A stretch of 50,843 bases of DNA, filler included, from Sphacelaria rigidula (Eukaryota): NCBI GenBank assembly GCA_964200075.2. It is 3 parts of 3 records of this genome, joined end to end, with 100 filler letters (N's around TTAATTAATTAA, not from the genome) between each part and the next. Parts side by side here need not be neighbours in the genome. Positions count along the whole stretch, not along the records: positions 16,983 to 33,864 come from CAXNAA020001226.1; positions 33,965 to 50,843 come from CAXNAA020001227.1; 1 more part is not named here. One strand, 5' to 3'. This document shows, piece after piece, positions 22,792-35,646 of the stretch (position 1 is the stretch's first letter; each line of letters opens with the position of its first letter). The translations under genes and the position numbers were made by a program. The notes beneath the pieces were generated by a model. It saw nothing but the letters and a program-made list of their open reading frames with translations. It did not search any database and was not told where the DNA came from.

Positions 22792-23614
22792 AGGCCGGAT
22801 GTTATGGCAACAGATCTTTGACCCACAGATTTAGGAATCCTGGTGAAACAAATCCGCAGCAAAGTTGGTTTCGGGAACGATGTTATGGCAGCACAGAGAT
22901 TTCCATACCATACTGTTCTGATTTGTATACCTCCACCAGGGTTTCGAATTTAATGTTTGGCGTGTTTCAACAGTTCACAGTCCCGTAGATTTCTCGTGTG
23001 CTGTGGCGTGCTGTAGGAATGTAGCGTCACTGCCGCAGAGAGGTCATCACCACCCCACTAACACCAGTGCCGGTTCTTTCGAGCACATAAGTAAGCGACC
23101 ATGCCCCCCTCGTTCTTGATAAAGTTGAATCCTTCATCGAAGGATCGCAGAGCTACTCGCCAGACAGCGACAGTGCGCATCACATGTCTACTCTCTCAAC
23201 CGTCTCTGCAATGGTTTTGCCAGGAGACCGACGAGCAAGGCGTGTCGTTTCTTGTCTCGTATGCGCGAAGCGGGCTTCATGGCGTGTCGACTGCGGTGTT
23301 GGTTTACTTCGTGTGTTATTGGTTGTTGTCGACAGGATCACTCACGAAGGTGCAGCCAGCACACCGGCACATCCAAGAAAAACGCGGCGTGACCCCATTA
23401 TGACGGTCTGCCGGCCAAAACGTAAAAATCCGTGTGCAAAAATCTGCGCTTGCCGACCCCCGCCAGTTTGCCCAAAATTCTGAGGGACTCGAGCCCCGAA
23501 TCTTGGCCACGGAATTTTTCATCCAAAATTTCGATAAATCTGTACCCATAACATGGGTGTCACACGAATTTTGAAGATCCGGGGCCGAAGATCTTTTGCC
23601 GTAACATCCGGCCT
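22792..23614. mobile_element. Non-autonomous TIR element (about 820 bp)
   Basis: TIR AGGCCGGATGTTATGGCAACAGATCTT / AAGATCTTTTGCCGTAACATCCGGCCT; no TSD resolved, so the superfamily is unassigned. Confidence 0.75.
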
Positions 23615-24207
23615 CTTACTTGCATTTTATGTAGACCCTTCCCCCGTCCCCCCGATTTTTTCAGGTATCCTACCGTCGACGCCAACATGGGTCACTACAC
23701 AACAGAAGAATGCCGCCAGAGGGTTATGAGCCCTCGCCTCTCTGAGACAGCAGAGCGCTCTATCGATTAAGCTATGACGGTGCGTTGAGGACAGGACAAG
23801 ATCCTAGAAGAGGGTTGAGATGTTGAGTGAGAGACGGGGGGCGAGCAGCGATGACTCGCACCTTGTCTCGGATGACAGACAGGCCACAAACCAGTCAAGC
23901 TTACAGAATATGCTTGTGGTGTGGTATACAGTCAAGCTCACAGTATGGGAGCTTGGCGGTGTTGTGTGTGTTGGCTTCAAGCCTGGAGCGTACCCGTAGC
24001 TCCGTGGCTTTCAAGGCACACAGACAGACAGTTCGAGATCTTTGGGGTCGGACAAGCCGACAGTCGAGGAACATCCCTCGTGACTGGAAGTTTGCTATGG
24101 ACAGGACCTGTTGGTCTGGTTCTGGACAGAACCAAAGGCGTTTTGGGTTCGCATAGCTGGGATTCACACACCATCGTATTGTAAAATCTAGTAGTTACAC
24201 TCGTACA

Positions 24208-24510
24208 GTTTTTTATTTTCTCGCACTTTGAACCTCTCCCCTTCCTCGGGATGAGTCCGTGGTCTCCAGGGATTAATCCATCTCTCCCCCGGTACGTGCC
24301 TTTCATTTTAGTCTCGCGGAGTGGGTCAGCACTTCCGCACCACGGCAACTCACGTCACACAAACCCAGTCGAGTACTTTGCTTACTCACGTTCTCACGCT
24401 TTCCACGGTGGAAATCATACGTCACGAATAAAAAACCCGACGCATCGGGAATCGAACCCCCGTTATCCTCACCCTAGTGGCGAAAGGCGGACCATTATAC
24501 CCCCGGGGCG
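24208..24510 (-). mobile_element. tRNA-derived SINE (second family)
   Basis: Minus-strand head GCCCCGGGGGTATAATGGT...GGGGGTTCGATTCCCG with A/B boxes but an imperfect cloverleaf, followed by a non-tRNA body. Confidence 0.6.
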
Positions 24511-26429
24511 CGGCGGCGGCTCGCGGGGATTACGGACTTAGCGTACCCTATTATATATGTGGTCATCTTGACAAGGCGACTGAATCTAGCAACGCCATGG
24601 AACGATACGGAGCTAGAGGCATGAGTTCTGCGTATCCCTGTACTGAGGCGGTACAGCGTGCAGTGAGGTCATATGTAGTCGAGGGGAACGAAAAAGCTGT
24701 GTATAGGCAGCTGATCTCCGTCGCGGAGAACTGCTCAGCACATGTAAGGGAGTATGTAGTATCAGCTGCTGCTGCAGTCGGAGAGGCGTACTGTGCTGTA
24801 CTGTATGTGCGCAGCAATGCCCGTGCCCTTTCAAGAGAGTTTGCCGCTTGCAACAACTAGGGAAATCGCGGCCCACCCCGAACACAAAGCGCCTTGTGGC
24901 AAGCTGATGAAGGAAATAATATCATTCAAAGCCACAAGTGCTGATGATCAAAAGCGTTATTTTTGCATTTGGTTTGTTCATAATTGTTTTTTTCGCATTT
25001 GAGTATGATGTATAGAACAACACCTCTCGTGACCCCGGTCATGACCGTGGGGGTGAGAGGGTGGGGGGGCGTACTCATTCGCTGCTTGCCTTAGTCGTTT
25101 GACCATTGACCACGCATCCCTTCCGCGACGGAGCACCGTTCCTACTCCTAATAGAGACACCTTCAATATTCAGGCATTCATTACCTTTCTTTACATCGCA
25201 CAAGAACATTTTACATATCTTATCCCCGTCCTGTTTAGCTGTCTGTGGCCACCATCTCTCTCATAGTACAGCCATCGTTTTCTCCCTACTGTCTAATGCA
25301 TGAAACGATATCATGCCACCTTCGTTCACGTCCCGCATTCCCCCTCCTAGTACGTCCCGTTCCTCCTTGTACAGTGCACACTCTGCAACCATATGACTTC
25401 TACTCTCTTATCTACCACAGAGACAATTCTGTCGATCTACTTCCTCCTCTCGACTACTGGTGAATCCAAGGGCGGGTGAAAAAAATATCCCTGGACCCAC
25501 ACTAATAGGTCTTCGATGATTCAAGCAAGTAAAAATGATGACGCCAAATAGATAACGCAGATCCTCCGGCTACACCCCCTCAGCCACACTAGTGCGGCCA
25601 TTGCAGTCGTTGCTGCGGTCACAGACGGGTGAAGGGATTGTGGCTCGTCGCAACTGTCCCCCTCCCCCTCCTCGATATTTTTCCCCAACTAATTAGTCAC
25701 GCCGCCTTTTTGCGAAAAATCCTAGAGCTGTGCTTGTTCTGATGTTAGGGTGCCGAACTCTAGTCATCTGACTCACTTGGGTTTGCTAGGATTATTCATG
25801 ATCAGGTTGCATCAAGCAATGATAGATCAAGCGGTTCAAGTTTGCTTACACAGCGTACTGCAAGCCCAACACCAAACTAAGACTTGCCGAGACCGCGAGT
25901 GTTGTGTTTTTCGCTGCTTGTGCTTGGGTGCGCTCTGCAAGTGAAGTGACTCTTCTCCCGCGTTCAACCGAGTCTAAGACCAAGTAACTTGTGGTTGAGC
26001 TTGGTTGCATTGAGTATATAGGATTTAGTGTGGAACCGGAACCTGCCAGCCCGCTTGGTTGCATTGAGTTCATATACTCTCTGTCGCGATTTTCATCCTC
26101 TCGAGGGTAAAGTGACCCTCCGGAGGATAAAAATACCCTCTAGAGGGTATTTAATACGCAGTTCCGGTCATGAAACGAATCCTCTGGAGGGCATCTGATG
26201 CTCCAGTGACTTCTGAGGTCTGAATCCCTCCAGAGTACCAATAATATGGTGCTCTGGAGCACGTCGTTTTCGTGGACATCCCTTAGAGGAAAAATTGAGT
26301 GTCATTCCTCTGGAGGAGGAACCGTCTATGGCCTCTTAAGCATTTGTTGCGACTCCGGAAGACGTAGCCGTGCAGTATCCTCCAGCGTGTACATTTTACA
26401 CTTGTGCACTTGTGTCCTAATTGCTTCCG

Positions 26430-26830
26430 GGGCACATTTGGGGCCCCGGCAATCTTGTGGTATGGACCATCACGCCAGATATATATGTATCACCCTGCAG
26501 ACCCGACAACTCTTATTCCCAGCTATAATACCACCACAATAACCCTGCAGCAAAGAGCACGAGTTGGGCACAGGGATTTAGATACACACTGCCGTAGTTC
26601 GGTATCATGTATGTCTTGTTGGTGGAAGTCAAAACTTGAGCATCTCCTTCCATGGTCGCGGAGTCGCGCGGTGCCGGAATCATGCGGGGAAGGGTGCGGG
26701 CAATAACCGGCGGCTTATTGCATACACACTCATGGACAGTGCAGGCGACAAAGCTACGCACACTGTTCAAGTCCTCTTCACGTCGCACTGTAAGCAGAAA
26801 ACATACACGTAGCGCAAATGCCGCGCTAAC
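26430..26830. repeat. Dispersed repeat, inverted homolog of about 42720-43105
   Basis: Shared blocks, e.g. CCCTGCAGCA..GAGCACGA.TTGGGCACAGGGAT and ACACTCATGGACAGTGCAGGCG. Confidence 0.75.
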
Positions 26831-28069
26831 TCTGCAGGATATTGCACTCCACGTACATAAGCACGATATGGTACTGTCCTGCACGCTCTTGTACGGTTCA
26901 GTACAGCACCAGACCACCGTGCTCATTGTTGTCATCGTCATATCGTCATCAACGTACAGGATAAGCCGCGATCATAATTTTTCGCGTGTTCAATCGAAAA
27001 AAAAAATGGTATCGGTATGGTCCACTCGGCACTACGGGGGTTCAGAGGCTGTATGTTTAGATCTCAGAGGTTCATACAGCTTTTACACCTTCACCACCAG
27101 CTAAAACTATTATACAGCACAGCCGTGTGGACATACACTCGCAATCAGTGTTTGTGATTTGTAACCAGCCGAGGCTGTTGCAGAATTCGATCTCTTTGCC
27201 CAATCGATGTATGAATTGGGGGCAAGAGGATGAGTTTTCAACAGTGTTGTTCATTTTCCATAATATGAAGGGATTTGTGTGGGAGAAAAAAATGTGCCTT
27301 CTAGTAGCTATTGTCATATCCCGCAGTTTCAATTATCTGAGACCAAGACTGGAGATCGTCACAGGAAGAGAGGTGGACACTTCCAGCATCAACAGCTCGC
27401 TTCATGGGCGGTGTGCGGAGGTGTAAAAAGCACCATCACGCACGAGACCCATCACAGCACACATCACCAGCGATTGCTACTGAAAAGAGGTGGCGTCCTG
27501 GTGGTACACGGCGAAGTTGTGCAGGATTCTCGACATGCCGGCCCCACCCCGCGCGCCTGGATTTCAAACCACACTTGTGTACAATATATATGCATGATAC
27601 TGCTCGCTGTCTGTGTGCACGTGGTGTACCACCCCTCGCTCCGCCACATCTTGTACAGCGGTCGGTGTTGCAGCTAAGTGTGCATTTGCCCTCCTACGTG
27701 GTGCACGCAGGAGTAAAAGGCCGCCTCCACCGCTGTAATGCCTGCCTGTATCTTCAGCGGAGCTGTATGGTAACACAGCCGCTATGGCGCGCAAGTCGGC
27801 TGAAACAATTCATACCGTGGAGATTTCTACACTGTCTTGGAAGTGATGCTGCGCAAGTCGCAGTAGGCAATAGCTTCTATACTGTGCACGGTACATTTTT
27901 TATTCGTATACTGACTGTAGAAAGCTCTTGTCCTGGGTGTGATACATATATATGCCCACACACATGAGTCAGTGAGATCGTAAAATAATCAACAGCACAT
28001 GGCCGAAGTAGAAGTGAGGCAATCACCAAATATTCACGTGCAAAGCCTGTGCGGAGGTACTCTCGATTG

Positions 28070-29400
28070 ATAACGCTAGAACACCAGCGCATCGACCACC
28101 TCGGCTGCCAGCCTGTTTGCACGGCCGTCCCGGTAGTGGTGACACTGTCTGCACCGGGATGTGGCCCCCAGTGCCAGGTACGCTGGCAAGGGTTCGTCGC
28201 ACTACCCACTGGTCGCGCGACAGGAGCTCAACGTCCGCCTGTCGACCGTTTTGGAGCGGAAATGTTCAGCTCCCAACCATCATATATATAGCGGATCATA
28301 AACGATGCTTGTTTACTGGGTTCCTGCGAGCGTTCATCCATAACTGGGCGAGGATTGATGATGAGGCTGGCAGGATTCGTCGCAGGCAGCGTGCTCAACT
28401 GTCACTATACCCACTATAATCGGCATCAGACAGCAGGGTGTTGAAAAAAGACTATCCCACGCCCTGTGATCATCCACCGTATGAACGCAGACCGGACCAC
28501 CTACACATGCTCAAAGTTAATTGAAACATTTCCTTGAACCTAGTATTTTTGCATTGCGTGTGCTTTTTTTTTGCCTCCATCACCCCTGACGTGTGCCTAC
28601 AGCCACGCGTCGATATCCTACTCCGGGATAAGTAGGGCCTCGGTGGCAAGCTACTACAGAATGCATATCGGGCCTCATGGAGGGGAAGTTTGGAACTGAA
28701 GCGATTCATTCACTAATTCGCTGTTTTTTACTCTCAATCGCATTCTCTAGTTTCTCAATTTCACGAAAACATTGTTGGTATGGTCGACGTTTGACTGCGT
28801 ACACGACGCGGCACAGCGTGCGATCACTTTTCTCCCCGACCCGACTTCTTTCTGTTCCACGTCTATGACCCTCCCATAATGTATCATCACTCAGAGCACC
28901 ATTTGTGGGGGGCATTGGCATTGTTCGGCGGCGGTGTAGCGTGTTGACCTTTGCTGCTGTGGATAAGCCCTCAGTTTTCTGTGCGTGTTGCTTGGGTTGT
29001 GGTCCGTCGATCACGGCGATCAAGCGCTGGTCTCCAAGGAACATGGGTGCAACGGCAACGATCGGAGGAAGACACCCGATTGTACAGTCTGCGCCGTTCG
29101 CTTCAAGCGTTTTGCTCCAACCCGGAATCAGGTCGGTGCTCATCTCCGTTTCCGAGCCGCAAATTGCAGATCCGGCAACGGTGTGATGTCGCCTCCGCAC
29201 GATGCCGTTCGGGCTGGTGCGTTGGCAAGATGTTCATCCATGTTCGTTGGATCTTTGTGAGCTCCGGCACACAAGCGACCTGTATGCATCGTTGGATCTT
29301 CCGGGTCTTCGGACCGACCAACAGGGGGGCTACACTCTTCTGGTTGTTGGGTTTGGGTCTTTTTTCGTGGGGTATAATTTTATCGGAAATGGCCATGGTT
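28070..29400 (-). pseudogene. Degenerate hAT transposase relic
   Basis: AYLALGATS...RANRLAAEVVDALVF*R (~28175-28070) resembles the hAT C-terminal dimerisation domain. SHRCRICNLRL (~29190-29155) resembles a BED finger CxxC. A CAAGG-type end reads on the minus strand at ~29639. Confidence 0.5.
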
Positions 29401-30102
29401 GTGACTGCTCGGCGTAATTTGTGCTGGGACCGCGGTACGTTCACCACTTCAAGAAAGAGGGTCAACAGGAAAGCAAAAAAGGGTAGATATAACTCTCTAG
29501 CAGAGGGCAGGGTGTACCCTCTTCGTTTGCTAACAAAAGAGGGTACTCTCACAGGCTCTCATTTTCGGCGCCGTAGTTCAGTCCAGTATCACTTGTGAAA
29601 ATGAAACAAAATGGACGGGTATGCTGCCCAGGCACCTTGGGCGTGGGGCTGAGGTGCTGGAACGTGTTTTCGAGGTGTTCAGCCAGCATGCAGCGCCGCG
29701 CCCTAAAGCAAAAAAAGCGTCACCTTTTTTTGTTCCACAAGCACAGGGTGTACCCTTTTTTGTATAGTTCCCAAAAAAAATCCTTGGTGCGATTTTAAAT
29801 CCCAGAGAAAAAAGTGGAGAACCTCACGACTCCGTCGGAAAACTAAAACAAGCGGCGTTCCTCGTCACGAATGTTGTACTTGCGCGCAGAATATCTCGGC
29901 GAAATTTCGGCTCCAACTCCTAAACGTGGACCAAGCGTGTGATATGTCTTGTGTGACGCCGCTACGCCCCTGTTATTTCATCAAGTGACAGGAAACTCTG
30001 TTGTGGGGGTCACGCGTTCGAATCCCTTCCGTCCTTCGAGACAGAGGAGAAAACAATTCAAAAACCGTACGACTCTTGATATTATCTTCAGACCCAGTTC
30101 AA

Positions 30103-31108
30103 CCCTTTTGGGACCGGGCCTCCAGAACGACCAATGAGGCTGGTCAGGAATGACGTGTCNNNNNNNNNNGCAGGGTTACGACGAAGACCGAGCGTTTCAT
30201 GCAATCTATTTTCAGGTGCAGGGTGCGCATTAGGTGGTGTACATCTGATGTAGCAAGTAGTATGGGTCGTGGGAGAGAGCTTCCAACAAGATGCGACGAC
30301 CGGCGAGCCGCCCGCCACTTGTGGCTGGATGATACTTTTGTCCTCACCACCTTGCCACACAGCCCTCTGTGGTCGGGGTGGGCTGGGCCGCCATTTCCGC
30401 CCGTTGTAGCATGCGGAAACTTCTCTTCGAAGGGTATCAGCGTTGCGGCGCGCATGCATATAACAGTATATAATAGTGCAGTACGGTGTAGTACGTCTCT
30501 CCGACTGAAGCAGCAGCTGCCGCTGCATACTCCCTTGCACGTTCTGGGCCATTTTCAGCTACCGAAATTAGCTACCTATATACAGCTTTGTCATCCCCGC
30601 CCACTACATACGAGCGGGCTGCACACTGCAAGTCATCGCCAGAGGGATACGCGGAATTCATGACGGTAGCTCCTCTTGTCTGTCCACAGCCGACCTGGAT
30701 TTTGTGCCTCATGAAAATGACCACATTGTAGCATGTACACTCCTTCCCGGTGTTTTCCGGTCCACCCTGTGTTGGTGTATATTACTACGTTTCAGTATAT
30801 AATTGGGACCCAAAAAACACTCCGGAAAAACTCGGGAACGCTACACTGAGTGCAAGTCATACCATAAAAACAAGCTGCGACCACCCTGCACTTAGAAACC
30901 TGGGGAGGCTCATCTGAGCCAGGGATAGGGCCCCCACACGATCTTTGCGGTGTCATCACACTCGACAACAACCCCCGCGTTGGTCGTTCGCGTCTGGTCG
31001 ATAAATTTCGCCTCGCCGTGATTGGGCAGGTCGCTCGAAGACTTATTTTCAATTATTTCACCAACACAAGGTCAACCCTGTGTCAGTGGGGGTCCGGTCC
31101 CAGAAGGG
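30103..31108. mobile_element. piggyBac-like MITE (about 1 kb; contains a 10-N gap at 30160-30169)
   Basis: TIR CCCTTTTGGGACCGG / CCGGTCCCAGAAGGG with 4-bp TCAA on both flanks. A similar end occurs at ~34010-34027. Confidence 0.7.
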
Positions 31109-31271
31109 TCAAGGCCGCAGCGAGTTTGTTACTTTTTGCGCGTTGTATTCTCCAAACCCGAACGCACCCTCCAGATTGTAACCGTTTGCAGCGTACGTCT
31201 CGCGGTCACCGGAAAAAATCGGGGAATGACTCATTCATGCGGGATTCGAGTGTAAATCTAAGAAACATTTC

Positions 31272-31630
31272 CAAGGGCAAGTCGGGCAGGGTGTACCCAT
31301 TACTCGGTATTTTTTTTAAGTCGTACTCTTGGTACACAAACATTCGGGTGGAGAACTCAAGTCGTACCCAAAATACCACGAAAGTTGGGAAAGTATTCTA
31401 CATCATATATAAGTATTGCTAAGAGTGCTTACCTAATAATGTTCGGGTAAAGTACTTGAGGCCCTATCCAACCTACCCAAAATTTGGGTACAGTATTCAA
31501 CACCGTACTCAACCTACCCATTACTAGGTACAGTATTTGAGGCAGTACCCAACCTGCCCAAATCGCAGGTATTATTGCTGAGAGTTCTCACGCAATATTT
31601 GGGTGGAATGTTTGTGGCGTCTGGGTAAAG
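31272..31630. mobile_element. End of a CAAGGGC-TIR element with GGGTA/TACCC arrays (same family as 42180-43946)
   Basis: CAAGGGCAAGTCGGG start, followed by repeated GGGTA/TACCCA motifs. Confidence 0.65.
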
Positions 31631-33178
31631 AGGGCGTCACCTTCACGCACAATTTCTTCATGTGTATCCGAATAGACGAACAAAAGCGGGCAATCTAGAG
31701 TAAAATGTCGAGCAGCCCGAACACGTTTCGGGGGCTAACACCTTTCTCCTCCCATTTAGCACCCCTCTCGGTCAGGTTAACCGTGGGGCTAGAAGCACTC
31801 ATCATTTGCTTATATTTTCTAGTCATGAATTATGGTTGACGTCAGCATTCTTTGTTTTACGAAATCTCGTTCAATATCACCACGCGTGCGAGACCCGTGG
31901 CGTTGGTACCTGCTGCGCTCCTGCCACATGCGTCAGCCGTGGCTCACCACTGGTATCGTACTACTGTAATCTTCTAATCAAGGGGAACGTGCCCATCGGC
32001 TCAAAAGTATCAGCCAAAATTTTCTCGTTGGTTGACTTCCATGTCCATGATGGTAGTTCCTATACCGTACGGAGATAGCGTCAATACTGAAATCTATATG
32101 AAACCCCGAACGATACATTCAGCGGATGACGATTTTGGGTGTGGGCATTCACCACAGCAAGGGGAGACGATGTACAGCATATCCTCACCTTGACCTAATG
32201 TGACATCTATCTCGAGATATGGCGCACATAACGTCCTATACTCTAACCAATATATCACGAGCAGAGGCACTAGATGAACTAAATCTGGATATCGCGTCTG
32301 AGTTTTCGAGAGTTTTGCTATGAAATTTTGTATGGAGCACCGCAGTGCATAATAATAAAAAAAAACGCCACGTAAAAAACACGCCACGCCTCGTACGGAG
32401 CACCGCAGGGCATAATTTTTCTCCAGGGCGGTCAACTTTTCGAGCCTCTAGAGGAATTAGACGCCCGCAAAAGGCGTGTGCGACCTTACAGGGCGGTAGT
32501 GTTTGGTTTCCTCCAGAGGAACTACAGGCCTCCGAAGCCTTCACCTCCGGAGGGCCGCGCATCTCTCCAGAGACATTTTGGGGGGTAGTCAGCTGGCCGC
32601 GTGTGCGTTTTTTTCATATTCTTCCCCTCTTCTCAAGGGAGTTTCGAGGAGAGATGAACATTGCTCTTGGGCTCCATCTCGATTTTTTGGCTCAATTATT
32701 CAAATTGTGATTTGGGACTTGGCACGGATGACCACAGAAGTATGCTGGATGAAAAAAATGGGCCTTGATTTTTTTCTTGGGAGAGGTTAGGGCGTTCTGG
32801 TGAAAAAACAGTCTTTACCAAACTAAAACGCCGTAAACTACGACCTGGTTCACGCTCATCACCCAAAAAACACTCATCGGCGAAACTTCACAGGTGATGC
32901 AAAGTTTTCATCAAGGCGCCTGTTGGCAATTTTCCCCGTTTGGTGGTATGAACGTTGGTCTTAGTTTTTTATACCGTATATTCACATACTTCGAAGTATC
33001 TTTTTTATATTTCAAATGGAGACAAATGTCATGTTTTTATGTTCATTTTAAGGTAGATCATCATCGTATTGTCAGTCAAGTCATGGCCAACTCGAAGCAG
33101 TTGTTTCAACACGCATGTATTTGAACTGTTGTACCTTGAACTGGTTGAATCATGTGTTCTATTTGATATCTGTCGCAG

Positions 33179-33401
33179 GAAGGACAAAACAACGGCTTCG
33201 GAGGCAGTTCTAGAGAGCAAGCTCTACAAAGACGACCCCGTCAGGTACGTGGCGTTGATGTACGTGAAGTACCTAATCGTGGAGCTGAACCTCCCCTTCT
33301 CGGCATTCGACGGCGAAAAGCAACAACTGCGGGTGCAGATGGTTGGCAACAAGGACGACGCCCACACACCGAGCTTGGGACCGAAGATGGGATCGAAACA
33401 G
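33179..33401 (+). pseudogene. hAT-like transposase exon
   Basis: Bounded by cgcag| and |gtact. The peptide VALMYVKYLIVELNLPFSAFD resembles the hAT motif (I/V)xxxxLPFSxV(E/D). Confidence 0.55.
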
Positions 33402-33864
33402 GTACTTGCGGGGAGCTAGTTGTTGATTCGATGACGAGCAGTAATATGAAAGCCGTTGATATTATGGTGTTCTTACATTTACCGTTCGCAACTTGTACAT
33501 GTGGCTGTTGTTTGTAGTCTCCTTATGGTATGTATTTCTGGCACGGTTGTTCTATTGCAACATGATGTTGTCCTCACCAGGCAAATAAGTATACAGTTGC
33601 AGACAAGGGGGTCTCGACTTTTTTTCCTGACCCCCCCCCCCTCCCAATGGTCTTATGACTATGGCATGCATGATCATGAGTATACCCCCCTCCCATTTCA
33701 GCGTGCACATGACCTCCCCCCAGATATTTTGTTAGGGTTCCACACAAGCACGCACCGCGAGCACGTGCTGGGCAGCCCCCCCCCCGGTTTTTAGTTTCAA
33801 CGAAAAATATGACCCCCCCCCCCTCTCTTTCTAGATACCCGTGGGGGGGGGGGGGGGGGGGGGG

Positions 33865-33964
33865 NNNNNNNNNNNNNNNNNNNNNNNNNNNNNNNNNNNN
33901 NNNNNNNNTTAATTAATTAANNNNNNNNNNNNNNNNNNNNNNNNNNNNNNNNNNNNNNNNNNNN
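33865..33964. other. Artificial contig linker
   Basis: 44 N + TTAATTAATTAA + 44 N. Confidence 0.98.
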
Positions 33965-34242
33965 TATTGTGGGAAAAACCTCAGTTGTAAATCCTCAGTT
34001 TTCCATCAACGGTTCCAAAAGGGTTGAGATCCGAATATCAAGTGTTCATGCACAAATCAGGTAATTCCAACCATGAGTATAGAGTGTCGCCGAACTGAGA
34101 CAAATTCTATTGGTCACAGCTATAGTCAATTCGGTAGCAGAAAAACACACTACCGGGATAACTTTGGCACATGGGGGTCGATCAAAATTGGACGGAATCC
34201 GAAGCTCGGGACTCATATGATGTTCGTTTTTATTTTTTTTCG

Positions 34243-34400
34243 GAGGAGGAGTGTGCGAGTGCTGTACTCCTTCGAGTAGGAAGAGCCCGAGAAGTATATA
34301 ACCGTTATCATTTTGACGCTGTCGGAAGAGCGGAAAAATATACAGATATTTGGGATTTCTGGCAACTACCAGAAGTTGCAGCTGCACTCCCCGCCAGATT
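34243..34400 (+). pseudogene. Fragment resembling the start of a hAT dimerisation domain
   Basis: EKYTDIWDFWQLPEVAAALP resembles the DxLxWWxxxxxxxPxL motif. Confidence 0.4.
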
Positions 34401-35646
34401 CAGCCGCAGGTTTCGGCCAATCACGTCGGCGGAAACATTCGGCGTGGTTGCACTGAAGTGCATCCAGCGGTCACCCTTTTGTGGACGAAAATCGTTCAGT
34501 TTATTTGCTTTTTGTTTTCTTGTTTGTTGTTGTTTCAATATTTAATTCTTATTTGTTCCCCATATTTTTTTTCTTCTTTTTTAACGAGCACTTGGGATGT
34601 TGGTTACCTTGAGAATACATCTTCTGGATGATGACCAAGACTAGCTCCGTCGGGGATCGGTCAACGTGCGACTATCAATTCATCATGCAACGTCTGAGCC
34701 TATCGTATGTCATGGGAAAACAGCACAGAAACAAGAAGAAATCGATCACCATATTACTGGTGCAAACGGACATGGAAACTCAGAAGACGGCGCAATAATA
34801 TATATATATATATATATATTTCCATGTAGCAACGATCCGCTTCTCCTTGACAACCGGTGACGAGTACGACGCGAAAATGATACATTTCTCATCGTGTGGG
34901 GAAGAGCAGGAAAACGGTGACCGTTTGTACGCACCCAGAAAATATGCTCAATATGCTCGAGTCGGGAGGTTTATCTTCGAGAGATAAATACCTGCAAAAA
35001 AAAAAATCCCACAAATCGGAATTGGAAAGGAAAGGGCGGGGGGGAATCGATAGCTCGACCGTAAAACGGGAAATAAAAATTCTTCGTGTACGCAACGTGA
35101 ATATATACATGTATATACACCACACGTTGAACAGTAAAATACATCGGCAAAAAGGGTACTGTGTACAGCATCGAATATATTGTTTAATGCAACGGACAAG
35201 AGATTCGGTGCTGTACGCAGTACCGTTTTTTTGCCAATGTTGTCTTAATCGCTCAGGGTGTGATGTATACCTACTTTCGGCGGCTCCTTAATGTCTATTG
35301 TTTGAGTAAAAAAAATATTCGGTTGTCAAGTCCAAGTGGAAAATGTTATCAAATATCGCTCGTATGATAACTACTCGATTAATTAACAAACTACTTATCT
35401 CGCACTGGCCGACACCCCACGAATCGAGCACTCAGTCCCGCGGTCAAAAATAGACAAGACACCTTGTTACATATGTGAGGAAGTGCGCTGACTTTCTGCT
35501 AGCTTCCTTCCTTTGGTAGACACAATCGATTCACATACCCACATTTGACACCCCAGCACGAAAGCCAGTTGCCGTTCAAGACACCCCAACACACAACATA
35601 CATTGGAGAATGACCACACACAAACGACACACACACACACACACAC

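Larger units (their letters stand above)
22528..24940. mobile_element. Old, heavily nested inverted copy of the piggyBac-like family at 30103-31108
   Basis: Begins TTAA|CTCTTTTGGGGCTG. Segments 22530-22720 and 24555-24940 match the reverse complements of 30915-31108 and 30315-30730. Interrupted by a TIR element and a SINE. Confidence 0.6.

Noticed and set aside
22528..31108. An 8.6-kb element with long terminal inverted repeats
   Set aside because: The right arm is a self-contained MITE with its own TIRs and TSD; the left arm is a diverged independent copy.
33179..34400. One hAT transposase spanning the gap
   Set aside because: The two fragments lie on either side of a synthetic linker, so adjacency is meaningless.
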